The position numbers and the translations under genes were made by a program. This document shows, in pieces, positions 29,867 to 38,651 of a DNA stretch of 51,096 nucleotides. Under the pieces are notes generated by a model. It saw only the letters and a list, made by a program, of their open reading frames with translations. It was not told the origin of the DNA and did no database searches. Location: contig CAYNJD010000001.1 in assembly GCA_964397355.1 (NCBI GenBank), forward strand, positions 1 to 51,096. The letters are read 5' to 3'. Origin of the DNA: an uncultured Mycobacterium sp. (GTDB lineage Bacteria > Actinomycetota > Actinomycetes > Mycobacteriales > Mycobacteriaceae). Position 1 is the stretch's first letter, and each line of letters starts with the position of its first letter.

Positions 29867-29892
29867 GAGCCGTTGGATTCCAAGGAGGTTGA

Positions 29893-30189
29893 GTGACGGC
29901 AACTCGTCGCATCAGCATCGACGACGACGTCGCGGTGCTTACCGAGCAGCTGCGGGCGTTGCGAGAACTGGGCCAGCGCAGCGATGTCGACGACGAGCAG
30001 ATCTATGACCTGAGCATCAGGTGGGGTACCGCACTGGCCGGCCGGCTGCCGCGGCTGGTGTACTACCACGGCCGCGGCATGCTCGATGACGACGCCGAGC
30101 GACGGTTCGCCGCACTGCGCCAGGAGTTGCGGACGGTCGACGAGCTGGCGCAGCGGTTCGGTCTGGCGCGCCCCGAACTGCCCTACTGA
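29893..30189 (+). CDS. Hypothetical protein
   Basis: AAGGAGG SD, YDLSIRWG motif. Confidence 0.7.
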   Translation: MTATRRISIDDDVAVLTEQLRALRELGQRSDVDDEQIYDLSIRWGTALAGRLPRLVYYHGRGMLDDDAERRFAALRQELRTVDELAQRFGLARPELPY

Positions 30190-30452
30190 GCCAGGAATTC
30201 GCTGTGCCGCAGCCTTATCGCGGTTCTCGGCTGCGGGCAGCCGGTGTTCCGACAGGTCAAGGCGACCAGATAGGCGTCGGTGTCCTCGTCGAGAAACAGA
30301 AAGCCCAGGTATAACGCCTGCCCCACCGCGAATTCGGTTCCGGCGCAGCCGGCGCAGTGTCCGCCGCGGAGCGCGACCAGTTCCGCGACCCGGTCGTGGG
30401 CGTTACGGTCCAGCTCGATCAGTTCCGAGCGGTCCGGCAGCGTTGCCGTCAT
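30183..30452 (-). CDS. Small Cys-rich (Zn-ribbon-like) protein
   Basis: CAGC...CRNTGC; last gene of the Mo-oxidoreductase operon. Confidence 0.7.
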   Translation of the reverse strand: MTATLPDRSELIELDRNAHDRVAELVALRGGHCAGCAGTEFAVGQALYLGFLFLDEDTDAYLVALTCRNTGCPQPRTAIRLRHSEFLAQ

Positions 30453-30453
30453 A

Positions 30454-31941
30454 TCAGATCTCGCCGTCCATGCTGTAGTAGACACTGTCCTCACGCCAGC
30501 CGCCGCGGCCCTTGCCGATACCGGCATAGTCGTCGACGAACTCGATCTGGTTGATCCACTTGGCCATTTTGAATCCGACCTGGGTCTCGGCCCGCAGCCG
30601 CAGTGGCGCACCGTGTTTGATCGGCAGCGGTTCGCCGTTCATCGCGTAGGCCAACAGCATCTGTGGTTTGTGCGCCAGCTTCAGATCGAACACCTCGTAG
30701 AACTGCCCGCCGCCGTCCGCACTCGGCTCATCGGTGCTGTTGTCCTGCATGCTCATAAAGCAGATGTAGCGTGCCTGCGGCAGCGGCCGCACCAAGTCGA
30801 CCAGGGCGCCCAGCGGAAGCCCGGTCCATTCGCCCACCGAGGACCAGCCCTGCACGCAGTTGTGCAGCACCCGCTGGGTCTGCGGCTCGCCCAGCGCCCG
30901 CAGCCCGGCCAGGTCCAGTGTCATCGGCTGCTCGACCAGCCCGCCGACCCGCAACCGCCAGTCTTCGAAGTTGTGCACCGCCATCACCTTGTAGTGCTCG
31001 GCCGTCGGCGGCTTGCCGTTGACTCGGTGCTGCGGCGACAGCATCCGCACCGGATAGTCCTGCCGGGAGTTCAGCCGACGCAGCAGGCCGCGGCGCGGAA
31101 CCTTGATCACCGCGCCCAGTACCCGGCGCACCGACGGCGGGTTGCGGTGACTCCACACCGTGGCCGCGACATGGATCGCGACGATCACGGCGATGATCAG
31201 CAGCGACAGCGTGGTCGCGAGATAGATATTGCGCACCGATCCGAAGATCATCAACGCGGTAAGCCGGCCCCACCCCCAGAAGAACACCATCGACAGGTGG
31301 ATCACGATGAACACCATGAACGCGACCAGGCCCAGGAAATGCAGCGTGCGGGCGACCTGCCGGCCGCCGAACATCCGCACATACCAGGGGAATCGGGCCT
31401 CGATCGCCGGTGACTGCGCGGCGCCGGTGAGGATCTGGAAGGGCGCCAGCACGAAGATCACGCCGGCGTAGGTCAACTTCTGGATGGCGTCCAGTGGTTC
31501 GCCGGGCAGCAGCGGTGGCAGGTTGAAGCTCAGGTAGGTGACGATGTCGTTCCACGCCTCGGCCAAGATCGACCACGAGTACGGCCAGTAGCGGTGCCAC
31601 TGTCCGGTGGCGAACAGCACGATGTAGTAGCTCGCGCCCACCAGGATCCAACCGATCACCGCGAAGAAGTGCCAGTGCCGGCCGATGCCCAGCTGGCTGC
31701 GCCCCGGCAGCGCGATCAGCGGGTGGTAGTCCTGCTCCTCGTCGAGGGTGTCGTAGAGCTTGTCGGTGGGCATCACCTTGCCGGTGAATCGGGCCCACTG
31801 CGTTCCCGGTGCGCTGTCCTGGCGCCGGTACAGCTTGGCATGCGTGGACAGGATCTCGAATCCGCTGCGCAGCAGCAGCGTCAGAAACAACACGTTGAGC
31901 CAGTGCTCGATGCGCAGCCAGGCCGGAAAGTCGTGCGTCAT
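30454..31941 (-). CDS. Cytochrome b + sulfite-oxidase-family molybdopterin oxidoreductase fusion (MsrPQ-like)
   Basis: TM helices with His ligands; WRLRVGGLV, HNCVQGWS, HGAPLRL, GFKMAKW. Confidence 0.88.
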   Translation of the reverse strand: MTHDFPAWLRIEHWLNVLFLTLLLRSGFEILSTHAKLYRRQDSAPGTQWARFTGKVMPTDKLYDTLDEEQDYHPLIALPGRSQLGIGRHWHFFAVIGWILVGASYYIVLFATGQWHRYWPYSWSILAEAWNDIVTYLSFNLPPLLPGEPLDAIQKLTYAGVIFVLAPFQILTGAAQSPAIEARFPWYVRMFGGRQVARTLHFLGLVAFMVFIVIHLSMVFFWGWGRLTALMIFGSVRNIYLATTLSLLIIAVIVAIHVAATVWSHRNPPSVRRVLGAVIKVPRRGLLRRLNSRQDYPVRMLSPQHRVNGKPPTAEHYKVMAVHNFEDWRLRVGGLVEQPMTLDLAGLRALGEPQTQRVLHNCVQGWSSVGEWTGLPLGALVDLVRPLPQARYICFMSMQDNSTDEPSADGGGQFYEVFDLKLAHKPQMLLAYAMNGEPLPIKHGAPLRLRAETQVGFKMAKWINQIEFVDDYAGIGKGRGGWREDSVYYSMDGEI

Positions 31942-32369
31942 CAGTACGTCCAAGCCCGGCGCTGCCCGAACGCCACGTTGACACCGGTCAGCACGCTCAG
32001 GTGCAGTCCGAGGAAGCCGGCCGCGCAGGCCAGCGCGAGGCTGCCCGGCGCCAGATCCCACCGCCCGGTCAGCGCCGGCAGCCCGGGCAGCATCACCAGC
32101 CGGGTGATCAGATAGCAGAGCAGGAAAACTGTGCACAGCGCGCTGCCGGCCAACCAGCCCAGCTTCGGCACGACGTCATCTACGTCAACCCAGGTGAGCG
32201 CGGCGGCGGCCAGGCAGCCGATGATCATCGCCGCGCAGTACGCCACGAAGTATCCGGGCCGGCCGGGCGCTGTCGCCAGTACGTAGGCGTGCGTGGCCGC
32301 CACACCCAGCAGCGCCGCGTCGGCCGCCAGCGTCACCATGCGCGGCAGGTTGAACGCGATGGCAGTCAT
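31941..32369 (-). CDS. Four-helix membrane protein
   Basis: Hydrophobic; TGATG coupling to the oxidoreductase. Confidence 0.75.
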   Translation of the reverse strand: MTAIAFNLPRMVTLAADAALLGVAATHAYVLATAPGRPGYFVAYCAAMIIGCLAAAALTWVDVDDVVPKLGWLAGSALCTVFLLCYLITRLVMLPGLPALTGRWDLAPGSLALACAAGFLGLHLSVLTGVNVAFGQRRAWTY

Positions 32370-32461
32370 TGCCGTTCGTGCCTGCGGACTTCGATCCGGC
32401 CGCCGACCTCGCGGCATTGCAGGGTCGGCTGGCCGCCGGTGGCCGGGGTCATCACAGTCAT
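32366..32461 (-). CDS. 31-aa mini-ORF, possible deletion remnant
   Basis: GGAGG 6 nt before ATG 32461; MTVMTPATGGQPTLQCREVGGRIEVRRHERQ; ATGA overlap with the next gene. Confidence 0.5.
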   Translation of the reverse strand: MTVMTPATGGQPTLQCREVGGRIEVRRHERQ

Positions 32462-32477
32462 CACGAGCCTCCGATCG

Positions 32478-33014
32478 TCACCGTTCGGTGAGCTGTTGGG
32501 CTTTCGCGTAGGCCAGCTGCAGAAAGTCCGCGCCCGCCAGGGCGGTGAAGGTGCCGGCGACCAACCGGGTGAGCCGCGGGGCGAACACCAGCCCGATGGT
32601 GAACGCGGTGACCACCCACATGTCCAGGCAGAACGGGCACGTCAACAGCTCGCCCAGGCTGTGACGCAACTGGCTGGAGTGCCGGGTCTCCTCCATCACC
32701 TCGGCGGGACCGCCGGTACCGGCGTAGTGGGCGAACGGGGCCCGCAGCGGGCTGGTCACCGCGTCCTTGGTGAGTGTCCGGGAAAGCTTGTGGGCGCCCA
32801 GCGTCACGGTCAGCAGGTCTCCGGCCGCCCAGCCCCGTGGCAGCCGGCGCCCGGTGGCCGCGGCGGCCACGGTAACCGCCGCGACCAGCCCGCCGTAGAC
32901 CAGCAGCACCATCGCATACCCCCCCAGCGGACGCGGGTTGTCGCCGCGGTACGCGTCGGCTTCCCGCCTGGCCGCATCCGCGATGGTGCTGCCGGCCTCG
33001 GACGATTGGGCCAT
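32478..33014 (-). CDS. DUF1360-like membrane protein
   Basis: KDAVTSPLRAPF, GELLTCPFCLDMW. Confidence 0.8.
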   Translation of the reverse strand: MAQSSEAGSTIADAARREADAYRGDNPRPLGGYAMVLLVYGGLVAAVTVAAAATGRRLPRGWAAGDLLTVTLGAHKLSRTLTKDAVTSPLRAPFAHYAGTGGPAEVMEETRHSSQLRHSLGELLTCPFCLDMWVVTAFTIGLVFAPRLTRLVAGTFTALAGADFLQLAYAKAQQLTER

Positions 33015-33017
33015 CAC

Positions 33018-33365
33018 TCAGTACCTGTCGCAGGTGCTGGCGATGGGGCCGACCAGGTTGACGAACTGCGCTGCCTCGGGCACCCCCTGCGCCTGCTGGA
33101 GCATCTGCTGCCGCTGCGGCGGCGGGGAGGCGAGGAAGTTCTGCAGGAAGGATTGCGCCATCGGTGTCTCATTGAATTCCGCTGCGGCTTCCGGTGATTG
33201 GGCATTCATCGCCGACACCACCTGGGAATAGCTGCATGTGGTGTTCACCGCCGGATCTTGCGCGGGCTCCTGGCCCGGATCCGCGGCCGCGACTCCCCCG
33301 ACGGACAGCGCCAGCGCGACACCGCCGGCACCGGCGGCCAGTCTGGCCAAAGATGTTGTGATCAT
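33018..33365 (-). CDS. Secreted hemophore-related protein (copy 1)
   Basis: Signal peptide, NTTCSYSQVV, FLASPPPQR, C-terminal C..Y. Confidence 0.8.
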   Translation of the reverse strand: MITTSLARLAAGAGGVALALSVGGVAAADPGQEPAQDPAVNTTCSYSQVVSAMNAQSPEAAAEFNETPMAQSFLQNFLASPPPQRQQMLQQAQGVPEAAQFVNLVGPIASTCDRY

Positions 33366-33443
33366 TAGATTCTCCCCTTCGCCTCATATCCGTCGGTGAC
33401 GGTACCGAGGTAGGCTTGCCGTTTTGGGCCGGGCTAAACCACG

Positions 33444-33468
33444 GTTTGCCCGCGGACCGTACTGGGTA
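33444..33468 (+). promoter_or_regulatory. SigF promoter (cutinase 2)
   Basis: GTTT-N16-GGGTA; back-to-back with a minus-strand GGTTT (AAACC-AC-GGTTT). Confidence 0.8.
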
Positions 33469-33482
33469 TCGGAAGAAGTGCT

Positions 33483-34160
33483 GTGATTGCTCGGATTCTC
33501 ACCGCAGTGGCCTTGTGGGCCTCGACGCTGCTGTTTTGGCCCGCCGGGGATGCGGTGGCATCACAGTGCCCGGACGTGGACGTGGTGTTCGCCCGCGGCA
33601 CCGCCGAGCCGCCCGGTGTGGGCTGGATCGGCCAGCAGTTCGTCGACGCACTGCGGTGGCGGCTGATGGGCCGATCGGTGGGTGTTTACCCCGTAAACTT
33701 CCCAGCCGTACCGGAATTCGCCCCGACGATCGCGGGCGTGGCCGATGCCAACGCGCACATCAGCGACATGGCGGCAAGCTGCCCGGGCACCGCACTGGTG
33801 CTCGGCGGCTACTCACGCGGGGCCGCGCTGATGGGCTACGCCACCGCGCCCGCGGTGCCCGCCGAAGGGTTTCCCGCCCCGTTGCCGCCCGAGGCGGCCG
33901 ATCGCGTCGCCGCGGTCGCGTTGCTGGGCAAGCCGTCGCCGGCGTTTCTGGACTCCATCGGCGCACCGCCGGTGGTCATCGGGCCCGGCTATGCCGCCAA
34001 GACGCTCGAGTTGTGCGCCCCCGGGGATCCGATCTGCTCGGCCGGTGCCGACGGCGCCGCGCACGCCACCTACGCCGCCAACGGTATGACGGCACAGGCG
34101 GCCGATTTCGCGGTGGAACGTCTCAGGCCACCCGAAACTGCTCCAGATCAGCCGCTTTGA
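33483..34160 (+). CDS. Secreted cutinase-family protein (GYSRG variant)
   Basis: CPDVDVVFARGT, GYSRG, GDPIC, H; 3' end overlaps the convergent gene by 38 bp. Confidence 0.88.
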   Translation: MIARILTAVALWASTLLFWPAGDAVASQCPDVDVVFARGTAEPPGVGWIGQQFVDALRWRLMGRSVGVYPVNFPAVPEFAPTIAGVADANAHISDMAASCPGTALVLGGYSRGAALMGYATAPAVPAEGFPAPLPPEAADRVAAVALLGKPSPAFLDSIGAPPVVIGPGYAAKTLELCAPGDPICSAGADGAAHATYAANGMTAQAADFAVERLRPPETAPDQPL

Positions 34161-35235
34161 CGCTCAGCCCGTGGCCGGGCGCTGCCCGGTCGGGACGCAA
34201 CACGCCGCCGGACTGCGGGCGCAGCACACCGTCGAAGGCCAGCTGCTCGATGCGCACGTGGTCGTGGAAGTACTCCAGGTGCCGCAGGTGCCACAGCGCG
34301 GTGCCGACGTGCGCGCTGATCTGCGGCGCGCAGTGCAGCGACAGATCCATCGACCGGGCGTCGCAGAGCGCACCGACCTTGAGCACGCCGGTGATGCCCA
34401 GGCAGCGGGTGACGTCCGCCTGCGGGCAGTCGACGGCGCCGGCCCCGAGCATGCGGTGGAAGTAGGGCAGGTCGTAGCCGTATTCACCGGCGGCGATGTC
34501 CATCCCGGCGGGCGCGTGCTCGCGCAGCAGGTGCAGTCCCTCGAGGTCGTCGGAGCTGACCGGCTCTTCGAACCAGCGCACATCATGCTCGGCGAAACGC
34601 TGCGCCCAATCCAGTGCCTGCTTGCGGTGGTAGGCGCCGTTGGCGTCCACGAACAACTCGGTGTCGTCGCCGATCGCGGCCCGCGCCGCGGTCACCCGCG
34701 CGGAGTCGGCCGCCGGGTCCCGGCCGACCTTCATCTTGACCCGGGGAATGCCGTCGCGCACCCAGCCGGCGAGCTGACGGCGCAAGGTGTCGTTGTCGTA
34801 GGAGGTGAAGCCGCCGCTGCCGTAGATGGGGGTGGCGTGGTGCACCGCGCCGAGTGCGACGGCGAGTGACTCGCCGAGCAGCCGGGCCCGCAGGTCCCAC
34901 AGCGCGACGTCGACCGCGGCGATCGCCTGGGCGACGACCCCGGGCCTGCCCAGGTTGCGTACCGCGTGCAGCATGTCGGCCCAGCGGGCCGGCGGCACCA
35001 GCGCGTCGCCGCCGCAGACCACTTCGGAGAGCTTGTCGCGGACCACCGTCGCGGTCGCGGTGCCGGCGTAGCTGTAGCCGATACCGCTCCGGCCGCCGGC
35101 GCCCACCGTCACCAGCACCATCGTGGTGGAATCCCAGACCAGCGTGCCGTCGGACTCCTCCGAATCGGTGGGAATCGTGTAGGCGGCGACCTCGACCGAG
35201 TCGACGGGCACCGGCGCGCCGCTGGGCAAGCTCAT
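34123..35235 (-). CDS. Mandelate racemase/enolase superfamily protein
   Basis: DVALWDL, KMKVG, VDANG, WFEEP, AGEY. Confidence 0.9.
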   Translation of the reverse strand: MSLPSGAPVPVDSVEVAAYTIPTDSEESDGTLVWDSTTMVLVTVGAGGRSGIGYSYAGTATATVVRDKLSEVVCGGDALVPPARWADMLHAVRNLGRPGVVAQAIAAVDVALWDLRARLLGESLAVALGAVHHATPIYGSGGFTSYDNDTLRRQLAGWVRDGIPRVKMKVGRDPAADSARVTAARAAIGDDTELFVDANGAYHRKQALDWAQRFAEHDVRWFEEPVSSDDLEGLHLLREHAPAGMDIAAGEYGYDLPYFHRMLGAGAVDCPQADVTRCLGITGVLKVGALCDARSMDLSLHCAPQISAHVGTALWHLRHLEYFHDHVRIEQLAFDGVLRPQSGGVLRPDRAAPGHGLSVKAADLEQFRVA

Positions 35236-35243
35236 AAGTCGGT

Positions 35244-35271
35244 GACTACCCGTGCCCGGCTGCGGGTATGC
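35244..35271. promoter_or_regulatory. Bidirectional SigF-type promoter (enolase family / GH15)
   Basis: TACCC(35247-51)-N12-GGGTA(35264-68); an ATG lies 11 nt beyond each -10. Confidence 0.6.
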
Positions 35272-35279
35272 ATCCGGCC

Positions 35280-37037
35280 ATGGACGGCTGCCAATCGCTG
35301 CTCGAGCGGTTCCCGCCGCAGGTGTTGCGGCAATATGCGCTGATCGCCGACGGCGAGCGCGGGATCGTGGTCGGCCCGCGCGGCGACTTCTGTTGGATGT
35401 GCCTGCCGCGGTGGGACAGTCCGGCGGTGTTCAGTTCGCTGCTCGGCGGCGCCGGGGTGTACGCCGTCACCCCGGAGCGGCGCTATGTGTGGGGCGGCCA
35501 ATACGAGGAGCGGTCGCTGATCTGGCGATCCCGCTGGGTCACCACCGACGGGATCGTCGAATGCCGCGAGGCGCTGGCCTTCCCCGGCGATCCGCACACC
35601 GCGGTGGTGTTGCGCCGCATTCGGGCGCTCGACCGGCCGGTACGGATGCAGGTCGCGCTGGATGTTCGGGCCGGCTTCGGCGCCGAGGCGTCGACGGTGT
35701 CGTGCTGCGACGGCGTGTGGACCGGCCGGTCGGGATCGCACCGGTTCCGCTGGAGCGGCGGCGGTGACGCCCGCCGCGCCGACGACGGTTCGCTGCGGCT
35801 GGTGCTCGACGTCGCGCCCGGCCACGACCACGACCTTGTGCTCGAGTTGTCCGACCGCGAACTCGGCGATCGCCCCCCTGCTCCCGCCGATTCCTGGCTT
35901 GTCACCGAAAGTGCTTGGCGGGAAGCGGTTCCCGAGCTCACCGGTACGCTGGCCGACGCCGACGCGCAGCGCGCCTACGCGGTGCTTCGCGGTCTGACCA
36001 GCAGCGGCGGCGGGATGGTCGCGGCGGCCACCATGTCGTTGCCGGAGCGCGCCAAAGCCCGCCGGAACTTCGACTATCGCTACTGCTGGATCCGCGACCA
36101 GTGCTACACCGGGCAGGCGATCGCCGCCGCCGGGGCGCATCCGCTGCTGGACGACGCCGTGCGGTTCGTCACCGAACGGGTGCTGGCCGACGGGCCCGGC
36201 CTGCGGCCGGCCTACTGCGTCGACGCCTCCGTGCCACCGCCGGAACACGATCTGTCACTGTCCGGCTACCCCGGCGCGGCGGCCAAGACCGGCAACTGGG
36301 TCGGTAAGCAGTTCCAGCTCGACAATTTCGGGGAGGTGCTGCTGCTGCTGGCCGCCGCGGCCCGGCTGGACCGGCTGGACAGCACCCATTGGGGCGCGGT
36401 GCACATATTGATCGATGCGATCGAAAGCCGTTGCGGTGACCCGGATGCCGGGGTGTGGGAGCTCGACAATCGCCGCTGGGCACATTCCCGGCTGATCTGC
36501 GCGGCCGGGCTGCGCCGCATCGCCGCCGCGGCGGCACCGGCCGAAGGGGCCCGCTGGCAGCAGCTGGCCGACAAGCTGGTCAGTGACGCCGGCACCGACT
36601 GCCTGCACCGCGATGGCCGGTGGCAGCGCGCTCCCGATGACCCGGGGATCGATGCGGCGCTGCTGCTGCCGGGGCTGCGGGGTGCGGTGCCGGTCGACGA
36701 CCCCCGCACCGTGGCGACGGTGGCCGCGGTGCGCCGTGAGCTGACCCGGGACGGCTTCGTCTACCGCTACCGACCGGACCGGCGTGACCTCGGCGAGGCC
36801 GAAGGGGCATTTCTGCTGTGCAATTTCGCGATGGCCCTGGCGGATCATCAGCAGGGCAACGAGCTTGCGGCGCTGCAGTGGTTCGAGCGGGGGCGCATGG
36901 CGTGCGGACCGCCGGGTCTGCTCACCGAGGAGTACGACGTGGGCCAGCGCCAGTTGCGCGGCAATCTGCCGCAGGCGTTCACCCATGCGCTGCTGTTCGA
37001 GTCGGCGCACCTGTTGGCCGGCGCTACCACTTCCTGA
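35280..37037 (+). CDS. Glycoside hydrolase family 15 (glucoamylase/trehalase-like)
   Basis: YALIADG, DYRYCWIRD, GVWE, LTEEYD, GNLPQAFTH; ATG 35268 overlaps the promoter so 35280 is preferred. Confidence 0.9.
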   Translation: MDGCQSLLERFPPQVLRQYALIADGERGIVVGPRGDFCWMCLPRWDSPAVFSSLLGGAGVYAVTPERRYVWGGQYEERSLIWRSRWVTTDGIVECREALAFPGDPHTAVVLRRIRALDRPVRMQVALDVRAGFGAEASTVSCCDGVWTGRSGSHRFRWSGGGDARRADDGSLRLVLDVAPGHDHDLVLELSDRELGDRPPAPADSWLVTESAWREAVPELTGTLADADAQRAYAVLRGLTSSGGGMVAAATMSLPERAKARRNFDYRYCWIRDQCYTGQAIAAAGAHPLLDDAVRFVTERVLADGPGLRPAYCVDASVPPPEHDLSLSGYPGAAAKTGNWVGKQFQLDNFGEVLLLLAAAARLDRLDSTHWGAVHILIDAIESRCGDPDAGVWELDNRRWAHSRLICAAGLRRIAAAAAPAEGARWQQLADKLVSDAGTDCLHRDGRWQRAPDDPGIDAALLLPGLRGAVPVDDPRTVATVAAVRRELTRDGFVYRYRPDRRDLGEAEGAFLLCNFAMALADHQQGNELAALQWFERGRMACGPPGLLTEEYDVGQRQLRGNLPQAFTHALLFESAHLLAGATTS

Positions 37038-37040
37038 GTT

Positions 37041-37060
37041 GGCTTGGGTTGGCTTGGGTT
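37041..37060. repeat. 10-bp tandem duplication (GGCTTGGGTT)x2 between convergent stops
   Basis: Read directly from the sequence. Confidence 0.7.
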
Positions 37061-38237
37061 ACGGCTTGAGCAGAACTTTGACCGCCCCGTCGCGCTTGTG
37101 CTGGAACATCTCGTAGGCCTGCGGCGCCTGCTCCAGCGGCAGTTCGTGGGTGGCGAAGTCGTCGACGCCCAGCGGGTCGTCGTCGGTGAGCAGATCCATC
37201 AGCTGCCCGACGCGAGGTTTGACGTTGGCCTGGCCCATCCGCAGCGTGGTCTGCTTGTCGAACAACGTGAACATCGGCAGCGGATCCAGCTTGCCGCCGT
37301 AGACCCCGATGATCGACACCGTGCCGCCGCGGCGCACGATGTCGATCGCGGAGTACAGCGCGGCCAGCCGGTCGATGCCGGCCTTGCTGATCAGCGGTCC
37401 GGCGACGGCGTCCGGCAGCAGCGAACTGAGCTGCTGCACCGCCTTGGCGCCGCCGGAACCGTGCGCCTCCATGCCGACGGCGTCGATCACCGCGTCGGTC
37501 CCGCGCCCGTGGGTGCGGTCGCGGATCAGCTCGCCGACATCGGCTGCCTCGCCCAGGTCGATGGTTTCGATGCCGCGGCGCGCCAGCCGGCCCAGCCGCT
37601 CGGGCACCAGATCGACGCCGATCACCCGGGCGCCGCGGTGGTCGGCGATGCGGGCCGCCATGTCGCCGATCGGCCCGAGGCCCAGTACGGTCACCGAGCC
37701 GCCGTCGGGTATCGCGGCGTAGTCGACCGCCTGCGCCGCGGTCGGCAGCACGTCGGACAGGTACACGAACCGCGAATCCGGCGGCCCCTCCGGCACTTTG
37801 ATGTGGGTGTAGGACGCTTGCGGCACCCGCAGGTATTGCGCCTGCGCGCCGGGAACCTGACCGTAGAGCTTGGAGTAGCCGAACAGCGCGGCGCCGGTGT
37901 CCTGCTCGCGCACCCGGGTGGTGTCGCACTGGGTCGGCAGTCCCTGGCGGCACATGGCGCAGTGGCCGCAGGCGATCTGGAACGGGATCACCACCCGGTC
38001 ACCGGGCGTGAGGTTGCTGACCGCGCTGCCGACTTCGGCCACGATACCCATCGGTTCGTGGCCCAGGATGTCGCCGGGGTCCATGAACGCGCCGAGCACC
38101 TCGTAGAGATGCAGATCGGATCCGCAGATGTTGGTGGTGGTCAACTCGACGATGGCGTCGGTCGGCTTCTCGATCACCGGGTCGGGCACGGTGTCGACCT
38201 GGACCTTGCGTTTGCCCTGCCATGTGACTGCCCGCAT
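37059..38237 (-). CDS. Zn-dependent alcohol/formaldehyde dehydrogenase
   Basis: ICGSDLH, GHE, CGHCAMC...C, GLGPIG. Confidence 0.92.
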   Translation of the reverse strand: MRAVTWQGKRKVQVDTVPDPVIEKPTDAIVELTTTNICGSDLHLYEVLGAFMDPGDILGHEPMGIVAEVGSAVSNLTPGDRVVIPFQIACGHCAMCRQGLPTQCDTTRVREQDTGAALFGYSKLYGQVPGAQAQYLRVPQASYTHIKVPEGPPDSRFVYLSDVLPTAAQAVDYAAIPDGGSVTVLGLGPIGDMAARIADHRGARVIGVDLVPERLGRLARRGIETIDLGEAADVGELIRDRTHGRGTDAVIDAVGMEAHGSGGAKAVQQLSSLLPDAVAGPLISKAGIDRLAALYSAIDIVRRGGTVSIIGVYGGKLDPLPMFTLFDKQTTLRMGQANVKPRVGQLMDLLTDDDPLGVDDFATHELPLEQAPQAYEMFQHKRDGAVKVLLKP

Positions 38238-38283
38238 CGGGTCGCCTCCGTGGTGTCTCGTGGTCTCCCGAACACCGCCCGGC

Positions 38284-38308
38284 TACCCGCCTGCGCTGCC
38301 GCGCAAAC
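38284..38308 (-). promoter_or_regulatory. SigF promoter (Zn-dehydrogenase)
   Basis: GTTT-N16-GGGTA. Confidence 0.8.
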
Positions 38309-38338
38309 ACATCCGCCGCTGCTGGCGAGCCTGCGGGT

Positions 38339-38362
38339 GTTTCAGCGGCGGCAGTGCGGGTA
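38339..38362 (+). promoter_or_regulatory. SigF promoter (small acidic protein)
   Basis: GTTT-N15-GGGTA. Confidence 0.78.
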
Positions 38363-38404
38363 CGCCGCGGGAAAGAGCACCATCACCGATGGAAAGCCAC
38401 GCTG

Positions 38405-38566
38405 ATGACACCACGCCATGATGACCGGCCGGATCACCCGACGTCGCTGGAGAACGCCGTGGACCGGCTCGAGGAAAAAGTCGCCGACGAACACGGTCCG
38501 GTCGCCGAGGAACACGAGACCGACGAGAACAGCCGGCGCGGTTCGTCGGACGAACCACCCGATTGA
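38405..38566 (+). CDS. Small acidic hydrophilic protein
   Basis: 53 aa, D/E-rich, directly downstream of a perfect SigF promoter. Confidence 0.55.
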   Translation: MTPRHDDRPDHPTSLENAVDRLEEKVADEHGPVAEEHETDENSRRGSSDEPPD

Positions 38567-38616
38567 GTGCTCGACCGACCGGCGCGCACCGCGAACCCGT
38601 GCCCGCGAACGGATAC

Positions 38617-38640
38617 GTTTCACCGCCGCCCCACCGGGTA
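38617..38640 (+). promoter_or_regulatory. SigF promoter (FAD-Rieske operon)
   Basis: GTTT-N15-GGGTA, ATG 11 nt downstream. Confidence 0.8.
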
Positions 38641-38651
38641 CCTGATCGGCC

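Noticed and set aside
29893-30452. Two small adjacent ORFs as a toxin-antitoxin pair
   Set aside because: They are convergent, each ends a different operon, and no toxin motif is visible
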